Origin: a virus
Reading direction: 5' to 3' (one strand)
IMG/VR virus record: IMGVR_UViG_3300027747_002377
Span: 18,373-82,372 of that record
DNA: 64,000 bases
A program made the translations under genes and the position numbers. Position 1 is the first letter of the stretch. Every line of letters begins with the position of its first letter. Below, one piece after another: positions 45,771 through 55,186 of the stretch. The notes under the pieces were generated by a model that saw nothing but the letters and a program-made list of their open reading frames with translations, was not told the origin of the DNA and ran no database searches.

Positions 45771-45920
45771 CTACATTGGCACTGAGGAAGGTCTGTACCG
45801 CTGATCAATAGTAAAATCAGGCAGATCAGGAACCCCTTCAATGTAACCTGGGACTAGAGCCGGTAACCGTTCTGTAATGTACTCTTTCAGGTAGTTTTCT
45901 GTTGCAGGGGTAGCAGCCAT
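45771..45920 (-). CDS. small hypothetical protein (49 aa, YLxxYI motif; not in ORF track)
   Basis: MAATPATENYLKEYITERLP... Confidence 0.5.
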   Translation of the reverse strand: MAATPATENYLKEYITERLPALVPGYIEGVPDLPDFTIDQRYRPSSVPM

Positions 45921-46186
45921 CTTTATTCCATTTTTTATTTAAAAGAAGAGTGCTAAAAGCATAGGTGCTTCCAAAAACCAATCCGAATAGCAAAATGATC
46001 GGTTCCACTTGCGCTTTTGCTTTTGAACTACTATATTTTAAACAGCCCCATACTCAAAAGCAATGTCAGATGATACCGTAATTAGGAAGCTAATGCAGGC
46101 AGCGGTAAGCGGGGCCAGTAAGCCACGGGTGTTTCGACACATAAAAGAAAAATACAAGTTCAGTGGCTTAGGAGCTAAAACTTAAT

Positions 46187-46531
46187 TTAGTTAGCGGCAA
46201 TTTGAAATGTTATTCGAGCATTGTTTCCACCAGTTTCTTTTAAAAAATTTGCACGTACCCTGCGCATTGGGAACCCTGTAACGTTGTAAGCATAAACTCC
46301 GTTTTCAGTTATAGTATTGGAAAGCATAGCAGCATAGTTAGTACCGTCTGTACTACCTTCTAAGCGCACTACCACACTGGTATCAATGTCTTGCACGGTA
46401 ACCATTATGGTGTAGTTACGTGTTGATAGATAGTTGGTGACATAGACCTCATACGACTCAGTAACGCCAGGAATAGCAAGCGTGCAGGGTTCAAAGAATA
46501 ACGTCTGCTGGTAACCTTCGTAAAAACTCAT
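46187..46531 (-). CDS. small beta-sandwich virion protein (paralog of 50623..50970)
   Basis: VVVRLEGSTDGTNY. Confidence 0.65.
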   Translation of the reverse strand: MSFYEGYQQTLFFEPCTLAIPGVTESYEVYVTNYLSTRNYTIMVTVQDIDTSVVVRLEGSTDGTNYAAMLSNTITENGVYAYNVTGFPMRRVRANFLKETGGNNARITFQIAAN

Positions 46532-46570
46532 TGCGGAACTACTAGTAGTAACAGTTTATCAAAGGTGGCG

Positions 46571-48184
46571 TCAGTTTGTTTTTTTAAATACCATAAGGTT
46601 TTGAGCAAACCATCCCATGTGGTATCCATTCTTGATGTAGGTCAGCAGTTCTTCCTCCACATCAATTAAACGCTTGACAGGTAATTTTAAAAATAACTGT
46701 TCCCAGTACTCTTTGGTTTGACAGTTTACGTGACCAACACCTCCTTGCCCTGGGGCAGCCGCACTCCAAATTAAAACTCCATTAGGTTTTAAGCAGCTGA
46801 CGAGTGCTTGTGTAATTTCTTGATTTCTGCCCGCATCAATATGCTCTGCTACTTCCAAACAGATGACAACATTCCCGGTGTCTTTAACATCAAACAAACT
46901 TTGTTGTGTTAAATAAGGTTTATTTTTTACACGATCATCAATATCGTAGCCAACTGCATTTAAACCTTGGTTTTGCATTTCCTCTACGTACGTACCTGGT
47001 CCACAACCAACGTCCAAAACTTTGTCAGGTTTAAGTACATCAAAAATCCATGCGCTTAACCGCTTGGCAAACGGTTGTTCTTCGTTGTGCATGTAAGTAA
47101 AGTCCAGTTTGTTATTTACTGGCATTTCATACCAACCTTTTCTCCAGAGATTGTTGATATCTTTAAATATTTTGTCATATTTTTTACCGCAAGCTTCAAG
47201 GCTATACCGTGACCTTGTAATATTTGCCACCATCTGTCGAGAGAGGTCACCTGAATCATTAACAGCATTGACCCAATCTTGAAGAGTATGGCAACGGAAC
47301 CCGGTGACACCATCAAGGATGGTTTCCGTAAACGCACCGTAGTCAACAGCAATTAAAGGAGTGCCACACAACATTGCTTCCACGCCGCTGCCACCGAACG
47401 GTTCGGTAAAGTTTGTTGGCATCAATGCTGCTCGTGCATTGCGTAAGAATTCAGATCGCGCTTTACCTGTAATTGGACCACGATATTCAATGTTTGGGTG
47501 CTCCCATGGGGTTGGATCTCCTTGTCCATGTAAAATAATTGGCCAGGTACTGTAGTTGGCAATCTCTTTAATAGTATCTAGCCCCTTGGCAGAACAAATG
47601 CGGCCAAGAAAAGCTAGATATCGACCAGGTTCATAAGAGGGTTCCCAGTCATCTAGATCAAAATAATTAGGAACAACCCATTCATAATTTTTACCTTGCC
47701 GGTCTTCTTTGCCTTGGTGATAATGCATCCACGCATAGCTTTCAAAAACGCGAAAACTGTTTGGCATTAGTGTTGGGTAACCAATACCTGTTTCAACATG
47801 GTGGTGCTCAGGAAACTCAGACAATAAACGACTATGCGCATGCCCAAAAGGATGGCAAATTATATCTTTTTTTTCTAAATTTATTTTTAAAGCTGTTATT
47901 AGACGTTCTTCAAATAAAGCGTGACCCTTGCTGCCTACCGTAGCATCATCACCGTAAAAATCAACGTCTTTCCTTTTTCCATACAGAGTACTAAATTCAT
48001 TTTTAGTCAACATAGAAACATGTTTATTTGCTGTTGATTCGCTGCCCTCATTGGAATATTCAATTACCTCGTACCCATGAGCCTGCATCATCTTAGGAAA
48101 ACGCAAGACTTTGCCAGTAAAGGCGCAGTGGGAGTACTTGCTACTCGTTATAGTATGAAACAGACCGATTAGGTGAAGGCGCAT
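46571..48184 (-). CDS. GT-B (family 4-like) glycosyltransferase fused to a class I SAM methyltransferase
   Basis: FLGRI..KG, EPFGGSGVEAMLCGTP; VLDVGCGPG, CLEVAEHI. Confidence 0.85.
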   Translation of the reverse strand: MRLHLIGLFHTITSSKYSHCAFTGKVLRFPKMMQAHGYEVIEYSNEGSESTANKHVSMLTKNEFSTLYGKRKDVDFYGDDATVGSKGHALFEERLITALKINLEKKDIICHPFGHAHSRLLSEFPEHHHVETGIGYPTLMPNSFRVFESYAWMHYHQGKEDRQGKNYEWVVPNYFDLDDWEPSYEPGRYLAFLGRICSAKGLDTIKEIANYSTWPIILHGQGDPTPWEHPNIEYRGPITGKARSEFLRNARAALMPTNFTEPFGGSGVEAMLCGTPLIAVDYGAFTETILDGVTGFRCHTLQDWVNAVNDSGDLSRQMVANITRSRYSLEACGKKYDKIFKDINNLWRKGWYEMPVNNKLDFTYMHNEEQPFAKRLSAWIFDVLKPDKVLDVGCGPGTYVEEMQNQGLNAVGYDIDDRVKNKPYLTQQSLFDVKDTGNVVICLEVAEHIDAGRNQEITQALVSCLKPNGVLIWSAAAPGQGGVGHVNCQTKEYWEQLFLKLPVKRLIDVEEELLTYIKNGYHMGWFAQNLMVFKKTN

Positions 48185-48227
48185 TGTTTCTTGTCAACTG
48201 TTGCTTGACTATAGCAACTAAATCAAG

Positions 48228-50282
48228 TTACGCCCACGGCCCCACTGAGGTATTGGCGCCAGCAGCGCCGATAGGCCAGATGTAAAAGGCGGAACCGGCA
48301 AGGGTGGAATAAGCGGCGCCTGGTGCTGCACTCAATGTGTATTCAGGAATAAACGTACCGCTTCCGTTAATACTAACAGTTCCATTAAGTATAAATTGCA
48401 CTGTTTGTGAACTACTTGCAATGGTAGACACGGCTTGAAAGGCGGTTTTTGATTGCGCAAAGATTGATCCTGCTGAGGAAATATAATCTGAAGTAGGAGT
48501 CAAACCTTCTCTATTGTATAAACCTTGATATTGGATGTTGTTAACAGTTGCCGTACCGCCAAAACTAAGACTAAAATAGTGCGAAAATGCGCCCGTAGAC
48601 TTGTTGAATAGGTACAAGGCGTTAAAAGCATATACTGTACTAGCGGCAAGAGTTACCCCAACACCAAAAACTTTTTGTGTTGCAGTGCTGTTTGCTCCCG
48701 CAAGGAAGGCATCAAGCCTATAAGTCATCATCGACGGTGACACGCCCCGCGCTGTTGGTGTCGAGTAGATCACCTTGCCGTCGTACTCCAACGCTCCAGC
48801 AGTTGCGCTGGTCAGGTTTGTGCCTGATTGAAATGTCAGCGGTGATAGTGATGTTGTACCTGCTGCAACAGTCAGGTTGCTGGTTAACGTGCCACCTGTA
48901 AATGAACCACTGCCTCCTGCGCCAGTAGCTCCTTGGGGGCCTGTAGCCCCAGTCACTCCGGTTGCACCAGCAGTGCCTACACCAGTAGCACCTTGCACGC
49001 CTGTAACGCCAGTGGGGCCTTGAACTCCGGTACTGCCTTGCACGCCTGTAGCACCCGTTATACCTTGGACGCCAGTTGCGCCTGTGGCGCCAGTAGCACC
49101 TTGCACGCCTGTAACGCCAGTGGGGCCTTGAACTCCGGTACTGCCTTGCACGCCTGTAGCACCCGTTATACCTTGGACGCCAGTTGCGCCTGTGGCGCCA
49201 GTAGCGCCTTGCACGCCAGTAGCTCCAGTAGCTCCTTGGACGCCAGTTGCCCCCTGCACACCGGTAGCACCCTGCACACCGGTTGCTCCAGTAACACCTT
49301 GGATTCCAGTGGCACCCGTAGGTCCAGCAACACCACTTGCACCCATTGGCCCAGTGGCACCTTGAGCACCATTAACAAGAGCGAGAAAAACTGCTTGATT
49401 ATTTGAAAAATTAGTTGAGCCAGTGCCCCCCGAACCTGTAAGTGTAACTGGATATGTCCAATAACTATTTACTGTTCCCGAATTTGTGTTTGTTGGGGTA
49501 CCATTAACAGTCCAAACTTGATAATTAGAGCTGCTGCCTTGATCTTGAATTGTAATAACTTCTGTGTTTTCTATTTGTGCAAGAAAAATATCAATATCAA
49601 TACTGTCATTTGTAAGGTGATTAACAATAATTTGCGTAGAACTTGTTTGCGTTACATTGTTCCATAACAAATAACCGGCACCAGGGTTCCCACTTGTTGC
49701 CGTGGTATTAGTAGTGTATTTAAACAAGCTAGAAGAATAACCTTGAGGACCGGTTGCACCTGTAGGTCCAGCAATACCAGTTGCGCCTGTAACTCCTACT
49801 CCCGTCGCACCTGTAGCGCCTGTTGCGCCGTTAGCGCCAGTGGGGCCTTGAACACCGGTCGAACCTTGTACACCAGTGGCACCGTTAATACCAAGGGATC
49901 CAGTTGCACCTTGAGGGCCGGTTGAACCTTGTACCCCAGTAGCTCCAGTAGCACCTTGCACACCAGTAGCACCTTGAGGCCCTGTTGAACCTTGTATTCC
50001 AGTGGCACCTTGTACTCCAGTAGATCCAGTAGGGCCTTGCACGCCTGTCGCACCGCTAGGTCCAGTCGCGCCTTGTGTACCAGTAGATCCAGTAGGGCCT
50101 TGTGCACCAGTAGGGCCTTGAACCCCTGTTGGCCCAGAAACACCAGCCGGACCTGTCGCACCGGTAGCACCTGCTGGCCCCTGAGGACCCGCTGTAACAA
50201 CATCAACAACTTGCGTCGATGTCACTTCAACAACGACACTACAATCATCTTTGGTTATAACAACTGTTCCGCAACACGTCAT
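48228..50282 (-). CDS. collagen-like (G-X-T) fibre protein
   Basis: Two long GAT/GPT/GVQ triplet tracts. Confidence 0.85.
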   Translation of the reverse strand: MTCCGTVVITKDDCSVVVEVTSTQVVDVVTAGPQGPAGATGATGPAGVSGPTGVQGPTGAQGPTGSTGTQGATGPSGATGVQGPTGSTGVQGATGIQGSTGPQGATGVQGATGATGVQGSTGPQGATGSLGINGATGVQGSTGVQGPTGANGATGATGATGVGVTGATGIAGPTGATGPQGYSSSLFKYTTNTTATSGNPGAGYLLWNNVTQTSSTQIIVNHLTNDSIDIDIFLAQIENTEVITIQDQGSSSNYQVWTVNGTPTNTNSGTVNSYWTYPVTLTGSGGTGSTNFSNNQAVFLALVNGAQGATGPMGASGVAGPTGATGIQGVTGATGVQGATGVQGATGVQGATGATGVQGATGATGATGVQGITGATGVQGSTGVQGPTGVTGVQGATGATGATGVQGITGATGVQGSTGVQGPTGVTGVQGATGVGTAGATGVTGATGPQGATGAGGSGSFTGGTLTSNLTVAAGTTSLSPLTFQSGTNLTSATAGALEYDGKVIYSTPTARGVSPSMMTYRLDAFLAGANSTATQKVFGVGVTLAASTVYAFNALYLFNKSTGAFSHYFSLSFGGTATVNNIQYQGLYNREGLTPTSDYISSAGSIFAQSKTAFQAVSTIASSSQTVQFILNGTVSINGSGTFIPEYTLSAAPGAAYSTLAGSAFYIWPIGAAGANTSVGPWA
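48982..49205. repeat. perfect 108-bp tandem duplication in the collagen tract
   Basis: CCAGTAGCACCTTGCACGCC... starts at 48982 and again at 49090. Confidence 0.85.
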
Positions 50283-50617
50283 GTTGTATATCCCTCAGAA
50301 ACGTAAAAAGTTCCTTCCAAATAATATTCTTTTCTACCCGTTGTATCAGTCAATAACACATCATAATAACAAGTATCAGGAAGTGTTGTTGTTTGCGCAT
50401 CTGTTAAAGAAATTTTAATTAAGCCGGTTACACGGTTGGTATAAGTAACGGTAAAATCTACATATTTAACTGTTCGTGCTTTATCCCATATTTGCGCTGC
50501 CACAGTCCATCCTGTAAGATTAATTGAATTGTTATCAACATCTTTAAATTGCAACGTCAAGTCATAAACGGCTCGACGTTGAATTGTGTCATCATAACGA
50601 CCAGGATGGATCGACAT
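50279..50617 (-). CDS. virion protein (fibre-associated, LtfC/BppU-like)
   Basis: [28 protein letters not shown]...YYLEG. Confidence 0.65.
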   Translation of the reverse strand: MSIHPGRYDDTIQRRAVYDLTLQFKDVDNNSINLTGWTVAAQIWDKARTVKYVDFTVTYTNRVTGLIKISLTDAQTTTLPDTCYYDVLLTDTTGRKEYYLEGTFYVSEGYTT

Positions 50618-50622
50618 TGCGT

Positions 50623-50970
50623 TTACTTAGCAGAGATCACAAATGTGACAGTAGGAGTACCAGTAAGTATTGAAACCAAGTTGCCTCGGATTTGTCTCAA
50701 CGGACGATCAGCGTAGTTATAAAAATATGTTCCGTTTGCAGTCAGTGTTTTGTCTGAAGCATCCAAATTAAAAAAGTTGGTGCCATCAAGGCTTCCTTCA
50801 ATACGCACCACTACGTTCGTGCCTACAGTTGCCACGTTCACTTGCACACCAAACGTAGTAGCAGCTACCACATCTTGAACTGCTACACTAAGAGCAGCAG
50901 TAGTACCTGCAGAAGTTAATGCTGTCGGATAGTAAAAAACTGTATCCGAAAAAATAGGACTTACTGACAT
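50623..50970 (-). CDS. small beta-sandwich virion protein (paralog of 46187..46531)
   Basis: VVVRIEGSLDGTNF. Confidence 0.65.
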   Translation of the reverse strand: MSVSPIFSDTVFYYPTALTSAGTTAALSVAVQDVVAATTFGVQVNVATVGTNVVVRIEGSLDGTNFFNLDASDKTLTANGTYFYNYADRPLRQIRGNLVSILTGTPTVTFVISAK

Positions 50971-51440
50971 TACTTTTTGTAATCTAAGTTGCTCTTAAGA
51001 AGCCACTGGTTCTTCTTGTGTATTCTACCGCGCTCCACGCCAAGGTCAAGGGTCAATTGATCGCCAATTGCGTTGGACATAGTAATCAGTTCATTAAAAC
51101 ATTCAGCAAGTTCATTATGGTTTGTCGCCAGCTGTAGGATGATGCCTTCCTGATTGAAGCAATTTTCAAAAGGAAGTTCGGGAATATTTGAATATGTAAG
51201 GTCCATCACCGTCTTAGGTGTGGCAATATCAAGGGACCTTATGTGTTCAGCAATGGTATCAATACCTTCTTCCATTTCTTTATAGATTCTTTCTGTTAGA
51301 AGGTGCAGCTCATAGAACTTGCCACCCATCAAACCCCAGTGCACAAGCTGTGTCTGGTGGTAAATGTTGACAGAATCGCGCAGGCACTGCAACAAGAGGC
51401 AGTAACAAGGCGTCGTCTTATCAGTAGTTGCTTTTGCCAT
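50970..51440 (-). CDS. dps: Dps / ferritin-like protein
   Basis: HWGLMGGKFYELH...IDTIAEHIR...HKKNQWLLKS. Confidence 0.85.
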   Translation of the reverse strand: MAKATTDKTTPCYCLLLQCLRDSVNIYHQTQLVHWGLMGGKFYELHLLTERIYKEMEEGIDTIAEHIRSLDIATPKTVMDLTYSNIPELPFENCFNQEGIILQLATNHNELAECFNELITMSNAIGDQLTLDLGVERGRIHKKNQWLLKSNLDYKK

Positions 51441-51442
51441 AA

Positions 51443-51715
51443 TCACCACAAATCGTTGCAAGCCCAGAACTTAGGCGTATTTTTGTCCATGGGCTTGTCG
51501 CATCCCATTCTAGACCTGAAATTCTTTCTACGGTCCTTGTCGTGGTGTTGCGTGTAATCCTCGTAACCGCGCCTACCGTAACGTACAATTTTCTCCTCTC
51601 CATCGTGACAGGACTTAACAACCCACTTATGGGTGTCCCCAGATGGAGCACGTTGCGGCTTGTTGCACTTCATGTGCTCTTTTGCAAGCCGCTTAGCCTT
51701 GGCGTGGTCAGCCAT
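51443..51715 (-). CDS. small basic conserved phage protein
   Basis: KIVRYG..GYEDYTQHHDKDRRKNFRSR...FWA..LW. Confidence 0.7.
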   Translation of the reverse strand: MADHAKAKRLAKEHMKCNKPQRAPSGDTHKWVVKSCHDGEEKIVRYGRRGYEDYTQHHDKDRRKNFRSRMGCDKPMDKNTPKFWACNDLW

Positions 51716-51717
51716 GT

Positions 51718-51885
51718 CTAACTCACAAAGGAGGGTGCGTACACTTCTTCTCCCTTGGTAGCCACATCAAAGCCAGAGGGAAGGCGTTCTTTTTGTAGGC
51801 TACGGATACCAGAAACATATCGCGCCAGGAAGTCAGCCGTTTTATTCTGATCTTGCTCTTGATCAGGTTGCGATCCATCCAACAT
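51718..51885 (-). CDS. small hypothetical protein (55 aa, FLxxYV motif; not in ORF track)
   Basis: MLDGSQPDQEQDQNKTADFLARYVSGIRS...; fills the gap between neighbours. Confidence 0.55.
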   Translation of the reverse strand: MLDGSQPDQEQDQNKTADFLARYVSGIRSLQKERLPSGFDVATKGEEVYAPSFVS

Positions 51886-52273
51886 AAGCGTCCTCACAGA
51901 TATACGGAATAGCTTGATGCACAGTAGCCAGGTTTAAAGACCTTGGCCTCTGCTCAGTCCATTCCTTAATCTTATCAGCCCTTTCTTTAGTATATTTAGG
52001 ATGTTCATCTGTGTACCAAAGCTCAAATTTTTGTGAAGCTTTAGCAGAGTTACAAGAGTTACAACAGCAAGCAAGGTTGTTTCTTGAACTGTGGCCACCT
52101 TTGTGCTTGGGAACAATGTGATCAATCGTGGCAGTATCTGAACATAACTGCCGATCACAATAGGCGCATTTCCATTCCCAGGCTTCAAAAATACTTTGCC
52201 TAAACTTCTTTCGAGCAAGCTTAGGCGTAAGAACAATCAGCTCAGCTAGAAGTTCGTTCTCAGTGTGAAACAC
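51863..52273 (-). CDS. HNH endonuclease
   Basis: CAYC..TIDHIVPKHKGG...NL..CC..CN..K. Confidence 0.85.
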   Translation of the reverse strand: MFHTENELLAELIVLTPKLARKKFRQSIFEAWEWKCAYCDRQLCSDTATIDHIVPKHKGGHSSRNNLACCCNSCNSAKASQKFELWYTDEHPKYTKERADKIKEWTEQRPRSLNLATVHQAIPYICEDAYVGWIAT

Positions 52274-52353
52274 GGTAGGCTCATGCTTCTAAACAAAAGA
52301 TATGGCGCATACATCTGTCTAACTGCTATGATCAAAACGTGATACAGGTACTA

Positions 52354-52429
52354 CGGAGTATCGCCTAACTTGGTCATGGCACCTGCTTTGGGAGCAGGAA
52401 TAATCTCAGTTCAAATCTGAGTACTCCGA
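52354..52429 (+). tRNA. tRNA-Pro (UGG), CCA not encoded
   Basis: Acceptor CGGAGTA/TACTCCG, anticodon arm CCTGC-TTTGGGA-GCAGG, T-arm CTCAG-TTCAAAT-CTGAG. Confidence 0.92.
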
Positions 52430-52639
52430 TTGCCAACTCATATCTTCTGCGGGATCGTACTCAGCTTGCTCCAGGAGGCGCAGTATGTAGTAATGCAGCC
52501 GATCCGTTACCCAACGGAGGTCTTCATCCGACACGTCGCATACAATGGCGTCCAAGCGTAACTCACGGGTCGGTTGACGTACGTGGTCCGCCACGAGTTC
52601 CAATGCTTTATAGCGCCCACGGGTGAAGTCTCCTAACAT
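52406..52639 (-). CDS. hypothetical protein
   Basis: 77 aa; last 24 nt overlap the tRNA antisense. Confidence 0.65.
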   Translation of the reverse strand: MLGDFTRGRYKALELVADHVRQPTRELRLDAIVCDVSDEDLRWVTDRLHYYILRLLEQAEYDPAEDMSWQSEYSDLN

Positions 52640-52640
52640 A

Positions 52641-52856
52641 TCAATCCGGACTAAGGGCGCGGTAGGCTTCGATCATTTTTTCTTCCTTCTCAACCGAATT
52701 CTGCTTAAGAACATTAAGAATTTCTAAAGCTCCTTGAACTTTTAAGTACCCTTCCTTGGTAGCCATGAGGTTAGCTTCCATGGTACGGATGTCTTTGGTT
52801 AAGGTTGCAAGCTGTTCCTGCAAGCCTTTTTCCAGTTCAGTTACGTGGCTTTCCAT
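52641..52856 (-). CDS. coiled-coil hypothetical protein
   Basis: 71 aa; YLKVQGALEIL. Confidence 0.65.
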   Translation of the reverse strand: MESHVTELEKGLQEQLATLTKDIRTMEANLMATKEGYLKVQGALEILNVLKQNSVEKEEKMIEAYRALSPD

Positions 52857-52886
52857 TTGTGGATAAGATCTTTAACGATCTTAACA

Positions 52887-53096
52887 CTACCTTTTGGCCA
52901 GTGGGGTAAAAAGTCCAGCAAAAACTTCTATGATCCTGTAAAGCTTAGATAGAAAAAACTGAACAAGAGTTGAATCCCATTTAGATTTTGGCGTAGGAGT
53001 TAAATTAATAATGACAATAGCCAGCCCATGTAGAGCCAGAATTACGTCAGTAATGCTTTGTATATGACCGGTAAGTTGCTTTAAAAAATCGTCCAT
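52887..53096 (-). CDS. putative holin
   Basis: Hydrophobic, IINLTPTP motif, directly downstream of the endolysin. Confidence 0.55.
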   Translation of the reverse strand: MDDFLKQLTGHIQSITDVILALHGLAIVIINLTPTPKSKWDSTLVQFFLSKLYRIIEVFAGLFTPLAKR

Positions 53097-53108
53097 GCCG
53101 TTAAATTT

Positions 53109-54347
53109 TTATTTAAAAATCCAACCCCAGCCGCTTGCACCACCACCGTAGAACAAACGTGGGTCTAGGTTTTTAAAACTGTAATGTTTGTTTCTACCTG
53201 CTCCAGGCGCTTGATTTTCCCATACACCATTGATCAAATCAAGGTCACCGTAAGGATCTTGGACTAACCAGTAGCTATCACTATAACCAGTTATTACAAT
53301 AAAATGTCCACCTCCATTAGGTGCACTTACTAAACCGTGATGAAGAATACCTACAGCAACAGGTTTTCCTTTATTAATCTGTTGTTTGATATCTTGCGGA
53401 TCTAAGTTTGTATAAAATTTAGCATTAACTTTTAGAGAACTTAAAGCCCCGTAATGAGCGTCTCTGGTAGTTGTATCGCCATATTGATTGACAATTTTTA
53501 AATAATCTGTATCATCATTAATTCCTTTTACTTTTAGATACTTCAGACACATAGCCAAAGAACTTGTTTGACATTGCCTCCAGCCTTCAGGACCGTTATC
53601 TTTCTGATCAAAGAACGGAAAGTCACGCAGATAACGTAAGTTTCCATCTTGAGCATAAGGATTGATCTTAGGTGTAAGGCCACTCCAGTGATCGTCATAA
53701 ACCCACCACTTACCCAACTTAAAACCCAACTCAAGCAGCGTATGTCCGTCACGTTTCTCAAGTATTTGATTTACCGGGTATGTTCTACCTTGATATACCT
53801 TGGCTTTTAAATCGTTTGAAAGTTCTGATATTGGTTTAGGTTCTTTTTTAAACCAAGTCTGCTGCAAAGAAGTAACATCACTAAGTTTTACAGCAGGCTG
53901 AACAGAAACAGGCTTACAAAATAAGTCAACCTCAGCACCACGACGCCTGGCTAACCCTTCAATAACTTCTCCGTTACCTCCCTTAGCCCAACGTGGTAGC
54001 TCCTGACTTGCTGCAATATTAGGTTTTTCTCCACTATTAAGTCGCTTACGTAAGGTAGATTCTTCAAGCGCACCTTCACCAACGTTATAAGTAAAGCTTA
54101 CAAGTGCATCAAATTGATTCTGATTTAAGGGTACTGTGATCAATTTATTAACTGCTTGCTCAAATCGCGCCAGGTCTTTTTGAAGTAGCTGTTCTGCCTG
54201 AAGTTCTGTTATTGTTAGACCTTCATAAACGTCGTCACCAGTATGACCATAACCTATGGTCAAGACGCCAACCACGTCATAGTAAGCAGTAAGACGCAGT
54301 CCTTCAAACCCTTTTATCAAGTCTAGGCCTGGTTTAGATGTCTTCAC
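53109..54347 (-). CDS. endolysin: GH24 lysozyme plus C39-like peptidase domain
   Basis: IKGFEG..AYYD..TIGYGH, QFDALVSF; RQCQTSS, GHFIVITGY, QDPYG. Confidence 0.88.
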   Translation of the reverse strand: MKTSKPGLDLIKGFEGLRLTAYYDVVGVLTIGYGHTGDDVYEGLTITELQAEQLLQKDLARFEQAVNKLITVPLNQNQFDALVSFTYNVGEGALEESTLRKRLNSGEKPNIAASQELPRWAKGGNGEVIEGLARRRGAEVDLFCKPVSVQPAVKLSDVTSLQQTWFKKEPKPISELSNDLKAKVYQGRTYPVNQILEKRDGHTLLELGFKLGKWWVYDDHWSGLTPKINPYAQDGNLRYLRDFPFFDQKDNGPEGWRQCQTSSLAMCLKYLKVKGINDDTDYLKIVNQYGDTTTRDAHYGALSSLKVNAKFYTNLDPQDIKQQINKGKPVAVGILHHGLVSAPNGGGHFIVITGYSDSYWLVQDPYGDLDLINGVWENQAPGAGRNKHYSFKNLDPRLFYGGGASGWGWIFK

Positions 54348-54378
54348 TGCAAGCGGTTGGTAGTGATCTCACTCAATA

Positions 54379-54921
54379 CTAACCGATACCTGCGCTCGTG
54401 GTTCCAGAATTAAATGCAATTGTATCTATACCGGCAGAGGTTGTCCCGGTAGTACCAAGAGTTACTGGAGGAAAGTCCTCACCAAGAGCTGGCCAAGAAG
54501 AGTAATCAGGGGAAGTAACAAAGGAAGCAAGATCTTCTGTAGTCTTGGTTGCTTTAATTGCTGAAATCTTGATGCCTGAGGAAGTACGAATATTTTCTCT
54601 CCAGGTTTTAACAGCCGGGTCGGCTGCTTTGCCGTTATCAACTGAACGAACAATCATCCAATCAGTAGGACTAAGAAGCGTATTTGCTGTATAACGTGTC
54701 TGGTCAACCCACTGAACAACAAGTTGATCGTGGTCTTTTGAAAGCCCTGGACCGAAATAAAAACGTTGATCGTAGTACGGGGGATCAGGTACTTCAGTAA
54801 TACCAATAGCTTTTCGATCTTCTGGTGACGCCAAGCGGAGCCAGTTCGCAGGGTACTGTGTTCCATCGGGAGTAACAAAAGGAACATCAAGTGCTAATGG
54901 CTTGCCGTTTAAGAGGAACAT
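54379..54921 (-). CDS. tail fibre assembly-like protein
   Basis: YPANWLRLAS, LLSPTDWMIVR; follows the tail fibre gene. Confidence 0.65.
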   Translation of the reverse strand: MFLLNGKPLALDVPFVTPDGTQYPANWLRLASPEDRKAIGITEVPDPPYYDQRFYFGPGLSKDHDQLVVQWVDQTRYTANTLLSPTDWMIVRSVDNGKAADPAVKTWRENIRTSSGIKISAIKATKTTEDLASFVTSPDYSSWPALGEDFPPVTLGTTGTTSAGIDTIAFNSGTTSAGIG

Positions 54922-54934
54922 TTTGGTATGGTTT

Positions 54935-55138
54935 TTAGTTATTGTAAGCCTTGTAAAGCTTGGTGGCGCCTTCTATCTTATAATTATCGTTCCAGTGCCT
55001 TATTACACCTGCAACAATAACCAAATTAGTTAGTAAATAACTAAGGAAAATAACAGTACGAATCAAGGCTATTAAGTCTGATTCTTTATCACATGCTGAA
55101 GATTTTTCCCCCAGGGCTTTGCACCAAAGTCTCCACAT
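54935..55138 (-). CDS. small membrane protein (MWRLWCKALGEK family)
   Basis: Cyanophage-type motif plus a TM helix. Confidence 0.65.
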   Translation of the reverse strand: MWRLWCKALGEKSSACDKESDLIALIRTVIFLSYLLTNLVIVAGVIRHWNDNYKIEGATKLYKAYNN

Positions 55139-55186
55139 AATTAGAGGTTCAGACTACTGGGCTAGCAGAGAACTCGTGTCCACTAC

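Noticed and set aside
48933-50306. Alternative-frame ORFs over the collagen gene
   Set aside because: Expected by-products of triplet repeats
52354-52429. tRNA as an attP/prophage boundary
   Set aside because: Phage-type genes on both sides, no duplicated 3' fragment and no integrase in the window
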